From: Paucimonas sp.
GTDB taxonomy: Bacteria > Pseudomonadota > Gammaproteobacteria > Burkholderiales > Burkholderiaceae_D
Assembly: GCA_029266815.1 (NCBI GenBank)
Contig: JAQSWC010000005.1
Span: forward strand, 1 to 28,175
Length of the DNA: 28,175 bases
Direction: 5' to 3'
Notes under the pieces: model-generated
What the model saw: only the letters and a program-made list of their open reading frames with translations
What the model was told of the DNA's origin: nothing
The model's database searches: none
Shown: piece by piece, positions 16,067 to 25,436 of the stretch
Layout of the letters: each line of letters begins with the position of its first letter
How positions within the stretch are numbered: position 1 is the stretch's first letter
Made by a program: the position numbers and the translations under genes

Positions 16067-18283
16067 ATGTCAAAGCCACAATTTTATCAGCAGGCCGATA
16101 TTCTGCCGCCTTCCGCTTCCGCAGTTACCAGCTTCCGAAACTCTTTCGCTTTCTTCTTCCTGCTGTCCACCTGCGTCCTGCTGGTAGCGTGGCGCTCTTT
16201 TCATCTCACGGCCGAGACGCTGGGTGTCCCCTTCACCTATCAGGAAGGCGATGTGGTCGTCGTGCTCATGCACATCAAGGGTTTGCTTCAGGACGGCTGG
16301 CCGACGACAGTCTCACATCTGTCTGCCCCCTTCGTCTATCCAGCCGCTGCCTTTCCACATATGACCAGCACCGACTGGCTGGTCATGAAGGCCATTTCCT
16401 TCTTCACTTCGGATCCGGGGCTTGTCCTCAATGTGTTCTTCCTTTTCACACTGGTGGCAAGTGCATGGTCTTCCGCATACGCTGCATACCAATTGCGCCT
16501 GTCGCGCGGCGTCGCGTTCGGCATAGGCGTGCTGTATGCCTTCCTGCCCTTTGCGTTGATCCGCAACGTCCATCATCTGAACCTGGTCTACTACCTCGTC
16601 CCACTGCTATGTCTGCTGGCAGTCGTCATAGCAGGGCGTGGTGAAGGAATACGCTATCCGAGGCAAGCAACATTCATTGGACTCGCCGCCTGCTGTGCAC
16701 AGGGTTTTGATTACATCTATTTCAGCTACTTCGCTGCCCTGCTGTTCGGCGTCGCTGCACTAATTGCTTGGCGGCGTGGCGAGAGGGCAGCACTCAGGCT
16801 CCCTTTGTTGGCCATAGCGCTCATCTGCGTTTCGACGGCAATTAACCTCTTTCCCGCCTATCGTAGCTGGCAGGCTGAAGGAAAACCGCCCGAGATGGGA
16901 TACAAATCGATTGCGGAAGCGGAAGTCTACGGTGCCAAGCTCCGCCGCATGATTGCGCCCCACCCCGACAATCCCGTGAGACCCTTGGCAAAATATGCGA
17001 AACGTGACAATCATGCCGGCTTCCCGATTGAAAACGAAAATGTCACTGCACGCCTAGGCCTGTTTGCAGCCTTCGGACTGCTTGTGGTCCTGTTTTCCCT
17101 GCTCCGTACTCACGCGGTTCGTGAGCAGCCCGAACGAGCTGTCCATACGCTTGCTGTGGTGACGTTCCTCGTTATCACTGTCGGTGGACTGGGCGCAGTC
17201 ATCAATCTCGTTGGCACGCCGGATATACGAGCCTACAACCGTTTCTCCGTCTACCTGGCATTCCTTGTCCTGGCTGCAGCCGGATTTTGGCTACAGCGCA
17301 GATTTCTCAGCCCGCATCGTTGGCGTCGGCTTTCCGCTTATGCACTGGCAGGTAGCTTCGCTTTATTCAGCCTCTATGACCAACTACTCGATGCACGTTT
17401 CTTCGTAGCGAAACAGGGCGAGAATTTAACGCGCATAAAAGGCGAAAAAACCGCGGTACAAAATCTGGAGCGGGCCTTACCCGACAACGCTGCAGTTCTG
17501 CAATTACCTCTTACCGGTTATCCCCCTATCCATGTCTTTCATCAGATGCTTTCGTACGACCATGGCCGGCCGGCGATATGGTCTACGCGTCTACGGTGGA
17601 GTTGGCCGTCGCTAACCGAACGCCATCGCTCGTGGCAGAATCGGCTGGCCGCACTTCGAGGGATTGCATTTTTGGAAGGCGCCGCATTGTCCGGCTTTGA
17701 TGCAATCTGGATCGACCGCGCGGCGTATGCTGACAGCGGGCAGAAGCTACTGGCCGATCTCCTCCATGAACACGTGCGGAAAATCGATACCGGCAACGAA
17801 CGGTATATAGCGCTCGACTTGCGCGCCTACTCTGCCACGCTAAAGACTGACATGGGCGAAGCCACTTTCCGCGAACAAGCAAAAGTTCTCTTGGGTAACG
17901 ACATGCTAGTTAAGTGGGCCAAGGGATTTTACGATGAAGAACGTAACCAGGAAGGGCGTCCTTTCCGCTGGGTGAAAAACAAGGCAGACCTCATTGTTCA
18001 CAATGCAGGCGATAATCACGCCGCCTCCTGCATCAGCTTCGCCGTTGCGGCGCCGCACTCAGGAATAATTGAAGTCAGCGGGGCAAACGCTCCCATGAAA
18101 ATTGACGCCACGGCAGTGCCTCAGCCAGTACGTATTTCGGTGCATCTCGAATCAGGAGCGTCTCGTCGCCTTCGGTTCTCAACTGGCATACGGAGGCTGG
18201 ATGCGCCTGGCGACCCAAGAGAGCTATATTTTTTCGTCATGGATTTCACTATGACACCGCAAACCTGCAGGAATGAAACATGA
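16067..18283 (+). CDS. Polytopic membrane protein, putative GT-C-fold (GtrC/YfhO-like) glycosyltransferase
   Basis: About 11-12 hydrophobic segments, an acidic loop after TM1 (QEGD), motifs IRAYNRFSVY, LYDQ, QLP...YP and LRWS, and a large C-terminal periplasmic domain. Heads an operon containing gtrA/gtrB-like genes. Confidence 0.6.
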   Translation: MSKPQFYQQADILPPSASAVTSFRNSFAFFFLLSTCVLLVAWRSFHLTAETLGVPFTYQEGDVVVVLMHIKGLLQDGWPTTVSHLSAPFVYPAAAFPHMTSTDWLVMKAISFFTSDPGLVLNVFFLFTLVASAWSSAYAAYQLRLSRGVAFGIGVLYAFLPFALIRNVHHLNLVYYLVPLLCLLAVVIAGRGEGIRYPRQATFIGLAACCAQGFDYIYFSYFAALLFGVAALIAWRRGERAALRLPLLAIALICVSTAINLFPAYRSWQAEGKPPEMGYKSIAEAEVYGAKLRRMIAPHPDNPVRPLAKYAKRDNHAGFPIENENVTARLGLFAAFGLLVVLFSLLRTHAVREQPERAVHTLAVVTFLVITVGGLGAVINLVGTPDIRAYNRFSVYLAFLVLAAAGFWLQRRFLSPHRWRRLSAYALAGSFALFSLYDQLLDARFFVAKQGENLTRIKGEKTAVQNLERALPDNAAVLQLPLTGYPPIHVFHQMLSYDHGRPAIWSTRLRWSWPSLTERHRSWQNRLAALRGIAFLEGAALSGFDAIWIDRAAYADSGQKLLADLLHEHVRKIDTGNERYIALDLRAYSATLKTDMGEATFREQAKVLLGNDMLVKWAKGFYDEERNQEGRPFRWVKNKADLIVHNAGDNHAASCISFAVAAPHSGIIEVSGANAPMKIDATAVPQPVRISVHLESGASRRLRFSTGIRRLDAPGDPRELYFFVMDFTMTPQTCRNET

Positions 18284-19278
18284 ACCTGAAATCGAAGAAA
18301 GTGCTGGTTACCGGAGCCGACGGCTTTATCGGAAGCCATCTTGTCGAGGCGCTGTTGACACACGGCTGCGATGTCCGCGCATTCGTTTACTACAACTCGC
18401 AGAATAGTTGGGGCTGGCTTGACACTCTGCCTGCCAAAGTCACGCGTACGCTCGATGTATTTGCCGGTGATATACGTGACCCCAATGGTGTGCATGAAGC
18501 GATGGCCGGCTGTGACGTTGTATTTCATTTGGCTGCACTGATTGCAATCCCGTTTTCCTACCATTCGCCAGACTCCTACATCGACACGAACATCAAGGGA
18601 ACTTTGAACGTGCTGCAGGCGGCACGGCGTCTGGGGACGGAGCGCGTATTGCTGACATCAACTTCCGAAGTCTACGGCACCGCGCAATATGCCCCGATCG
18701 ATGAAAAGCATCCTTTTCAGGGCCAGTCGCCCTATAGCGCCACCAAGATCGGTGCAGACCGGCTCGGTGAGTCGTTCTACCGCTCGTTCAATACGCCGGT
18801 CGTCATTGTTCGTCCTTTCAACACCTACGGCCCGCGCCAATCCGCGCGTGCAGTCATCCCGACAGTTATCACGCAACTCCTTTCCGGACAGACCGAACTA
18901 CGCCTGGGTAGTCTGACGCCGACACGTGACTTCAACTACGTAAAGGATACAGCCGCCGGCTTCGTCGCCCTGGCGGAGTCGGATGCCGCCGTCGGCAAGG
19001 AAGTCAATATTGCCACCGGTGTTGAGCACACGATCGGCGACACCGCCAGGATATTGATCGAAGAACTAAATCCGGAAGCGCGCATCGTCACCGATGAGCA
19101 ACGCCTTCGCCCTGATGCTTCCGAGGTCTTCCGCCTGATCGGCGACAACACTCAAATCACCACGCTGACGCCGTGGAAACCGCAGTACGACCTGCACGCG
19201 GGCCTACGCGACACCATCGCCTGGTTCCGTCAGCCTGAGAACCTGGCCCGCTACAAAGCCTGGTTATACAACCTGTAG
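18280..19278 (+). CDS. legB: NAD-dependent nucleotide-sugar 4,6-dehydratase, LegB-like
   Basis: GADGFIG, YNSQNSWGWLD, HLAALIAIPFSY, TSTSEVYG, YSATK and RPFNTYGPRQSARAVIP. Confidence 0.78.
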   Translation: MNLKSKKVLVTGADGFIGSHLVEALLTHGCDVRAFVYYNSQNSWGWLDTLPAKVTRTLDVFAGDIRDPNGVHEAMAGCDVVFHLAALIAIPFSYHSPDSYIDTNIKGTLNVLQAARRLGTERVLLTSTSEVYGTAQYAPIDEKHPFQGQSPYSATKIGADRLGESFYRSFNTPVVIVRPFNTYGPRQSARAVIPTVITQLLSGQTELRLGSLTPTRDFNYVKDTAAGFVALAESDAAVGKEVNIATGVEHTIGDTARILIEELNPEARIVTDEQRLRPDASEVFRLIGDNTQITTLTPWKPQYDLHAGLRDTIAWFRQPENLARYKAWLYNL

Positions 19279-19290
19279 GAGCTTTAACTC

Positions 19291-20001
19291 ATGAGAGCAA
19301 TCATCCTTGCAGGCGGTAAAGGCACTAGGCTACGCCCATACACGACGCTGATTCCCAAGCCGCTGGTGCCGCTCGGCGGCAAGTACTCGATCCTCGAGAT
19401 CATCCTGATGCAGCTGAAGCGCAACGGCTTCACGCACGTCACGCTCGCGGTCAACCATCTGTCGAACCTGATTATGGCTTACTTCGGCGATGGCAGCAGG
19501 CTGGGATTGAAGCTTGACTATTCGCTAGAGGAAGGCGAACTTAGTACGATTGGCCCACTGACGCTGATCGACGATCTGCCAGAAAATTTCCTAGTGATGA
19601 ACGGCGATATCCTGTGTGATCTCGACTATCGTGCGTTTTTCAGTCGCCATATCGAGACAGATAGCCAAATCTCCGTGTCCGCCTTCCGGCGGCAGGTCAA
19701 GATAGATTTCGGTGTGCTGCGCTACGATGAATCGGGGCGATTGACAGCCTTCCAGGAAAAACCGGTCTACGATTTCGACGTCAGCATGGGTATCTATTGC
19801 ATCAACCGCGCTGTGATAGAGGCACTGCCCCGAGGCAAGACCTATGGTTTTGACAGCCTGATGATGGATGGACTGGCACGTGGACAACGCATCGATATCC
19901 GGCCTTTCTCGGGTTACTGGCTAGACATCGGCCGTCCTGATGATTATCAGCACGCGGACGAGAATTTTGACGAATTGTCGGCGAAACTGGGCATCGAGTG
20001 A
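19291..20001 (+). CDS. Sugar-1-phosphate nucleotidyltransferase (guanylyltransferase-like, no CBS domains)
   Basis: ILAGGKGTRLRPYT..PKPL, VMNGD, FQEKP and WLDIGRPDDY. AGGAG SD. Confidence 0.88.
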   Translation: MRAIILAGGKGTRLRPYTTLIPKPLVPLGGKYSILEIILMQLKRNGFTHVTLAVNHLSNLIMAYFGDGSRLGLKLDYSLEEGELSTIGPLTLIDDLPENFLVMNGDILCDLDYRAFFSRHIETDSQISVSAFRRQVKIDFGVLRYDESGRLTAFQEKPVYDFDVSMGIYCINRAVIEALPRGKTYGFDSLMMDGLARGQRIDIRPFSGYWLDIGRPDDYQHADENFDELSAKLGIE

Positions 20002-20864
20002 TGCAGACCGTATTAGTTACCGGCGCATCCGGTGCACTCGGCCAAGCGGTGATGCGCCGCTTGCGGGAAGATGCCAACTGCCGTTCTGTTGCTGCCAGCC
20101 GATCCAGCGACGATGTGGCACTCGACCTATGTGATCCTGCGCAAATATCCGCAGTAATCGAGCGGGTTCGTCCCAATCTAGTCTTGCATCTGGCGGCAGT
20201 CTTCGGCGACGATTTCGAACTTGCATACGCGGTTAATGTCGAGGCGACTCGCCGGCTGCTGACGGCGGTCTACGAAGCCAGCCCGGCAACCCGCATCGTA
20301 GTAGCCGGGTCGGCCGCCGAATACGGCGTCATTCGCCCGGAAGAAAACCCGGTCCGGGAAGACCGTGTACTTGCGCCGGTGTCGACCTATGGCCTGACGA
20401 AGGCTTGGCAAACGCAACTTGCAGGGCTGCATGCAAGTCGCGGCGCGAATGTAGTCGTTGCCCGCATTTTCAATCTTGTTGGACCGGGGATGTCCGAGCG
20501 TCTGTTTATCGGCCGGGTGCAAAAACAGATCGGCGAAGTGCTGAACGGATATCGCTCCGCAATCGAGCTGGGACCCCTCGACGCGATAAGGGACTATGTG
20601 TCTACGGACGATGCCGTCGACCAACTTCTTGCAATTGCCGCGCACGCTGAACCAGGAAGCGTGCATCATATCGCCAGCGGTATTCCAGTTTCGATGCACG
20701 AACTGCTTCGCCGGCTGCTGGAAAAAAGCGGACTGGACATGACAATTGTCCGCAGTTCGAATGCCTCAACCAATCGCACCGGCTACGATGTGCCGGAGAT
20801 CTATGCCGACATGACCCGAACTATGAAACTGATGAATCTTTGGAGGTCTCGTGCCGAAGCTTAA
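20001..20864 (+). CDS. NAD(P)-dependent 4-keto-6-deoxy-sugar reductase/epimerase (RMD-like extended SDR)
   Basis: GASGALG, GSAAEYG, YGLTK and RIFNLVGPG. TGATG coupling supports ATG 20001 over GTG 19998. Confidence 0.75.
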   Translation: MQTVLVTGASGALGQAVMRRLREDANCRSVAASRSSDDVALDLCDPAQISAVIERVRPNLVLHLAAVFGDDFELAYAVNVEATRRLLTAVYEASPATRIVVAGSAAEYGVIRPEENPVREDRVLAPVSTYGLTKAWQTQLAGLHASRGANVVVARIFNLVGPGMSERLFIGRVQKQIGEVLNGYRSAIELGPLDAIRDYVSTDDAVDQLLAIAAHAEPGSVHHIASGIPVSMHELLRRLLEKSGLDMTIVRSSNASTNRTGYDVPEIYADMTRTMKLMNLWRSRAEA

Positions 20865-21837
20865 GCTCACCGTCATCGCACCCGTTTTCAATGAAGAACA
20901 AGTGATCGCGCACTTCCACGCACGCACACACGCCGTGCTCGACACCCTCGACGATGTCGACGCAAAGATCCTGTACGTGCTCGACAAATGCACCGACAAT
21001 ACCTTGGAAGTGCTGCGCAACTTGGCAAATGGCGATGCGAAGACCCGTGTGATTGCCCTGTCATCGCGCTTCGGCCACCAGATGTCGCTGCTGGCCGGTA
21101 TTGAAAACGCGCTCGATGCTGATGCCATCGTAATGATGGATAGTGATCTTCAACATCCGCCGGAGTTGATTCCCGAGCTGATCGGCAGATACCGCGAAGG
21201 CCACGACGTCGTCTATACCATACGCCGCGACACAGAAGACGCCGGCCTCCTGCGCAAGGCGGCCGGCAACCTTTTTTACCGGGTGCTCCGCACGCTGTCG
21301 AAAGTGCCGATCAACGCGAATGCTGCCGACTTCCGCCTCATTTCCGCCCGAGTCGCACGCTGTCTGGCCAGCGGGTTCCGGGAGCGGAACATGTTCCTGC
21401 GCGGCGTGTTCTCGTGGATGGGATTCAAACAATCCTCCGTCGAATACATTGCGGAAAAGCGTTTCGCCGGAAAATCAAAGTACTCTTTCTCCCGGATGAT
21501 GCAACTCGCGACCGCCGGTATCCTGTCGTTCAGTACTAAGCCATTACAGGTGGGCATGTTCGTCGGCATCGGGTTTGCAGTGCTGGCCTTCTTTTTCATG
21601 CTGGGTGCAGTGGTCAATTATTTCATCGACCAGTCACTGCCCAGCGGCTGGACAACTGTGGTCTCGCTACTGCTGCTGTTTAGCGGCGTGCAGCTGATCG
21701 TGCTCGGCACCATGGGTGCCTACATCGGCGCGATCTACGAAGAAGTCAAGGGGCGGCCACGTTACATCATTGAGGAGGAGATCGTGCACCATGAGGCGGT
21801 CGCGTTACATCATCGAATAGGAGAACGCGCATCATGA
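20851..21837 (+). CDS. gtrB: GT2 polyprenyl-phosphate glycosyltransferase, GtrB-like
   Basis: PVFNEE, SSRFGHQ..L.AG, MDSDLQHPPE, DFRL, two C-terminal TMs and GAYIGAIYEEVKGRPRYII. GGAGG SD. Confidence 0.88.
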   Translation: MPKLKLTVIAPVFNEEQVIAHFHARTHAVLDTLDDVDAKILYVLDKCTDNTLEVLRNLANGDAKTRVIALSSRFGHQMSLLAGIENALDADAIVMMDSDLQHPPELIPELIGRYREGHDVVYTIRRDTEDAGLLRKAAGNLFYRVLRTLSKVPINANAADFRLISARVARCLASGFRERNMFLRGVFSWMGFKQSSVEYIAEKRFAGKSKYSFSRMMQLATAGILSFSTKPLQVGMFVGIGFAVLAFFFMLGAVVNYFIDQSLPSGWTTVVSLLLLFSGVQLIVLGTMGAYIGAIYEEVKGRPRYIIEEEIVHHEAVALHHRIGERAS

Positions 21838-22517
21838 CCGAGCCGGTAGACTTCGACCAATATGTCGGTAACTACAACCAACTTCTGCGTGATCAGACCA
21901 GCTTCTTTTCGCCTAGCGAAGAGTATTTCGCACGCTACAAAGTAGATATCGTACGCAATCGTGTCCGGAGTCCGGTGCAGCGCGTACTTGAATACGGCTG
22001 CGGCATCGGACGCAATATCCGTTTTCTGCGCAACGCTTTCCCTGAAGCAGAGATCGTGGGATCCGACATTTCCTGCGCCAGCTTGGAAGTGGCACGTAAG
22101 GAGAACGCCGGCGTCCAGTTCCTTGAAGAGCACAATGGCATGGCATCGCCTGGCCAGTTCGATGTCATTTTCGTCGCCGGGGTGTTCCATCATGTGCCGC
22201 CACCGCAGCGCGAGTCAGTATCGAAGACGCTGATGGATCGGTTGGCACCCGGCGGCAAAGTTTTCGTCTTCGAGCACAATCCCTATAACCCAGTGACGCG
22301 CCGAATTGTCAACACTTGTCCCTACGACGCGGATGCGGTTTTGCTCAAGCCGGCCGAACTCAAACGTACGCTGAAGAACGCCGGCATGACGCTGGAGAAG
22401 CAAGCCTATTGCCTATTCGTCCCGCCCAGCCTGCCGGCATTGAGGGGCCTGGAAAGACATCTCGGATGGCTTCCACTTGGCGGGCAATACTGGGTGCAAG
22501 CATGTCGGCCACGCTGA
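21834..22517 (+). CDS. Class I SAM-dependent methyltransferase
   Basis: VLEYGCGIG, FDVIFVAGVFHH and EHNPYNP. ATGA overlap with gtrB. Confidence 0.85.
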   Translation: MTEPVDFDQYVGNYNQLLRDQTSFFSPSEEYFARYKVDIVRNRVRSPVQRVLEYGCGIGRNIRFLRNAFPEAEIVGSDISCASLEVARKENAGVQFLEEHNGMASPGQFDVIFVAGVFHHVPPPQRESVSKTLMDRLAPGGKVFVFEHNPYNPVTRRIVNTCPYDADAVLLKPAELKRTLKNAGMTLEKQAYCLFVPPSLPALRGLERHLGWLPLGGQYWVQACRPR

Positions 22518-22912
22518 ACCAGCTTTTTCGTTACGTCTCGGTAGGCGTACTGAATACGTTGCTGGGATATTGCGTCATCTTCGCTTGCATGTATCTCGCG
22601 AAGATGTCGCCAGAAGCCAGCAACGCAGCGGGCTATGCGGTAGGCCTTGTCCTGTCCTACGTTCTGAACCGGAATTTCACTTTCCGAAGCACCCAAGCCA
22701 AAAGAAGGGAAGCTATTAAGTTCATCTCGGTCTTCGCATTCGCTTACGCACTGAACTACTTGGCGCTGCTGATGTTTGTCTATGAATTCAGTGTGAACAA
22801 GGGCGCGAGCCAAGTACTCGCAGGCGTCGTCTACGTCGGCGCCTCTTTTCTGATGAACAAATACTTCGTGTTCTCTACTCAAAATGTGAAGCCGGAAAAG
22901 CCATTTGGCTGA
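22502..22912 (+). CDS. gtrA: GtrA-family small flippase-like membrane protein
   Basis: QLFRYVSVGVLNTLLGY, SNAAGY, SYVLNRNFTF and FLMNKYFVF; four TMs, 136 aa. Start trimmed to ATG 22502. Confidence 0.9.
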   Translation: MSATLNQLFRYVSVGVLNTLLGYCVIFACMYLAKMSPEASNAAGYAVGLVLSYVLNRNFTFRSTQAKRREAIKFISVFAFAYALNYLALLMFVYEFSVNKGASQVLAGVVYVGASFLMNKYFVFSTQNVKPEKPFG

Positions 22913-22979
22913 TCCTGCAGCCAGGATAGCGACCTGATACGTATCATTGTCGCGTGTTTTTCGGAGGAATTCCGTATCC

Positions 22980-23861
22980 ATGCACACTTCCTACATCGGC
23001 CGCTTTGCACCTTCTCCAACAGGACCGCTGCACATGGGCTCTCTTGTTGCGGCAATGGCCAGCTATCTGGATGCAAAGGCGCACAAGGGAGAATGGCTGG
23101 TGCGGATCGAGGATGTCGATGGCGCGCGCACCGTTGCCGGCGCAGCCGAGGACATCCTGCGTGCACTGTCGATACTGGGGATGTGTTGGAACAGTGAAAT
23201 AGTCTGGCAGAGCAAACGCTATTCACTATATGAGGCGGCTCTTGGACAACTTGGCGATCACATATATGCCTGCGGCTGTACGCGACGTGAAATCGCTGAT
23301 TCAAGACTAGGTATAGGAACCGACGGCAGCGCAATCTATCCCGGTACGTGCCGCAAAGGTCTTGCAGTTGGTAAAGCAGCCCGAGCGCACAGACTGCGCG
23401 TGCCGGACACCAATCAGAAAGATGAATGTATTCGTTTTCAAGATCGCTGGAGGGGCGAGGTTGTTCAGCATCTAGCCGTCGAATGCGGCGATTTCGTGCT
23501 GAGACGGGCCGACGGCTTCTGGGCATATCAGTTGGCAGTAGTGGTCGACGACGCAGACCAGGGGGTTACACATGTTGTACGCGGCATGGATCTGATCGGC
23601 TCCACTGCACGACAAATCTATTTGCAGCGCCTCCTCGCTTTTCATACACCTGAGTATATGCACGTACCCGTCGTAACCAACGCTGCCGGCGAGAAGCTAT
23701 CAAAGCAAACAGGTGCAGCACCACTCGACTTGTCCAATCCCGTAGAAACACTGGCGAATGCCGCGCGATTCCTCGGGCTCGATGTGGCGGAAACAACTTC
23801 AACGGAAGCATTCTGGAACGAAGCTACCCAGCAGTGGGCAACTCGTTTTGAAATACGCTAA
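22980..23861 (+). CDS. gluQ: tRNA glutamyl-Q(34) synthetase
   Basis: GRFAPSPTG.LHMGS, RIED, zinc motif CGC-x20-Y-x3-C, YQLAVVVDD and KLSKQ. No anticodon-binding domain. Start at ATG 22980 after GGAGG. Confidence 0.93.
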   Translation: MHTSYIGRFAPSPTGPLHMGSLVAAMASYLDAKAHKGEWLVRIEDVDGARTVAGAAEDILRALSILGMCWNSEIVWQSKRYSLYEAALGQLGDHIYACGCTRREIADSRLGIGTDGSAIYPGTCRKGLAVGKAARAHRLRVPDTNQKDECIRFQDRWRGEVVQHLAVECGDFVLRRADGFWAYQLAVVVDDADQGVTHVVRGMDLIGSTARQIYLQRLLAFHTPEYMHVPVVTNAAGEKLSKQTGAAPLDLSNPVETLANAARFLGLDVAETTSTEAFWNEATQQWATRFEIR

Positions 23862-23871
23862 AGCGTAGCGA

Positions 23872-25293
23872 TTAACGTTTGGGCAGGCCGCCGAGCAGTG
23901 CTGCGGTCTTCGCTTTTTGCGGCTTTGCAGATGGAGACTTGGTGTCGGATTTCGCTTCAGGCTGGGCCTCATCCGGGTTGGACGGTTCGTAAGGTTTGAG
24001 AAACCAGGGATCAACCTTTTCCTTACGGGGAGAAACAGCAGCCGATGTGCGCGGCGACCGTACGCCACGATCGTTTTCCCGCAAGCTTCGTGCAGGCCGC
24101 TCCGGACGCAAATCAAGCCCTTCAATCTGTATCGGAATCAGCTTCTGCTTGATCAGTTTTTCGATATCAACCAGAAGACGCGCATCTTTGTCGGTCAGCA
24201 GCGAAATCGCGTCTCCGGAAGCACCTGCTCGGCCGGTACGACCAATGCGGTGCACATAATCCTCGGCGTTGTACGGCAAGTCAAAGTTAATCACACAGGG
24301 AAGCTCTGCGATGTCGAGTCCGCGCGCTGCAACGTCTGTTGCCACCAGTACCTCAATCTCGCCGCGCTTAAAAGAATCAAGTGCAGCCATCCGTTCCGCC
24401 TGAGACCTGTCGCCATGGATGGCGGAGGCCTTGATACCTTCCACCATGAGTTGGCGCGCCAATCGCGACGCACCGATCTTGGTATTGGAAAAAACGATCA
24501 CCTGCTTGAGATTGCGCTCGCGGATGATATGCGCGACCGCCGCGCGCTTGGCTTCCTCTTCCACCTTGTAGACGATCTGCGTGACGTTGTCCGCCGTCGC
24601 ATTACTGCGTGCAACTTCGATCAACACGGGGCTTTGCAGGAAACTGTTGGCGAGCTTCTTGATTTCTGGCGAGAAGGTCGCGGAGAACATCAGGTTCTGC
24701 CGCTTCTTGGGCAACAGATTGATGATGCGCTGCAGGTCAGGCAAAAAGCCCATGTCCAGCATGCGGTCCGCTTCGTCCATCACGAAGATTTCGGTCTGCG
24801 ACAGGTTCAATGTCTTCTGCTGCACATGGTCCAGCAGGCGTCCGGGCGTGGCTATCACGATTTCGACGCCGCCGCGCAAGGCTGCAGTCTGTGGCGTCAT
24901 GTCGACACCACCAAATACTACGGTCGATCGCAGAGGCGTATGGCGGGAATAAGCCTTGACGTTCTCGGCCACCTGGTCGGCGAGTTCGCGCGTAGGCGTC
25001 AGAATCAGGGCACGTACCGGATGCCGCGCAGGAGAAGCACTGGCGTTTGCATGCGCCAACAGCTTCTGGATGATGGGGAGCGAAAAACCGGCCGTTTTTC
25101 CGGTGCCCGTCTGAGCCGCGCCCATCACGTCCCGGCCTTGCAATACGATGGGAATTGCCTGCGCCTGGATCGGCGTCGGATGGACGTAGCCCTGATCCGT
25201 TAAAGCACGCAAAATCTCGGCAGACAATCCGAAGTCTTGGAAACGGATCGCCGGCGCGATAGTTTGAGTGGTTTCTGGCTGAGTATCAGGCAT
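23872..25293 (-). CDS. rhlE: DEAD-box RNA helicase, RhlE-like
   Basis: Q motif PTPIQ, AQTGTGKT, PTRELA, TPGRLLDH, DEAD, SAT, HGD, ARGLD and HRIGRTGR. Confidence 0.88.
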   Translation of the reverse strand: MPDTQPETTQTIAPAIRFQDFGLSAEILRALTDQGYVHPTPIQAQAIPIVLQGRDVMGAAQTGTGKTAGFSLPIIQKLLAHANASASPARHPVRALILTPTRELADQVAENVKAYSRHTPLRSTVVFGGVDMTPQTAALRGGVEIVIATPGRLLDHVQQKTLNLSQTEIFVMDEADRMLDMGFLPDLQRIINLLPKKRQNLMFSATFSPEIKKLANSFLQSPVLIEVARSNATADNVTQIVYKVEEEAKRAAVAHIIRERNLKQVIVFSNTKIGASRLARQLMVEGIKASAIHGDRSQAERMAALDSFKRGEIEVLVATDVAARGLDIAELPCVINFDLPYNAEDYVHRIGRTGRAGASGDAISLLTDKDARLLVDIEKLIKQKLIPIQIEGLDLRPERPARSLRENDRGVRSPRTSAAVSPRKEKVDPWFLKPYEPSNPDEAQPEAKSDTKSPSAKPQKAKTAALLGGLPKR

Positions 25294-25299
25294 GGTAAC

Positions 25300-25378
<79 letters not shown>

Positions 25379-25408
25379 GTTTCCCTTCGTGCGAGCAATG
25401 CCCGCTTG

Positions 25409-25436
25409 AAAAAACAGGGGCGGAAAAATTTCCGCC
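25409..25436 (-). terminator. Intrinsic terminator after rpoD
   Basis: GGCGGAAA-TT-TTTCCGCC inverted repeat followed by CCTG-TTTTTT on the minus strand, starting 15 nt after the rpoD stop. Confidence 0.7.

Noticed and set aside
22316-22501. 62-aa extension of GtrA
   Set aside because: Overlaps the methyltransferase in another frame; the GtrA pattern starts at 22502.
23854-23870. Small inverted repeat between the convergent gluQ and helicase stops
   Set aside because: 6-bp stem with a 2-nt loop and no U-tract; too weak to call a terminator.
23917-25203. 428-aa plus-strand ORF
   Set aside because: Lies fully antisense to the motif-complete helicase and has no recognisable motifs; a typical shadow ORF of GC-biased codon usage.
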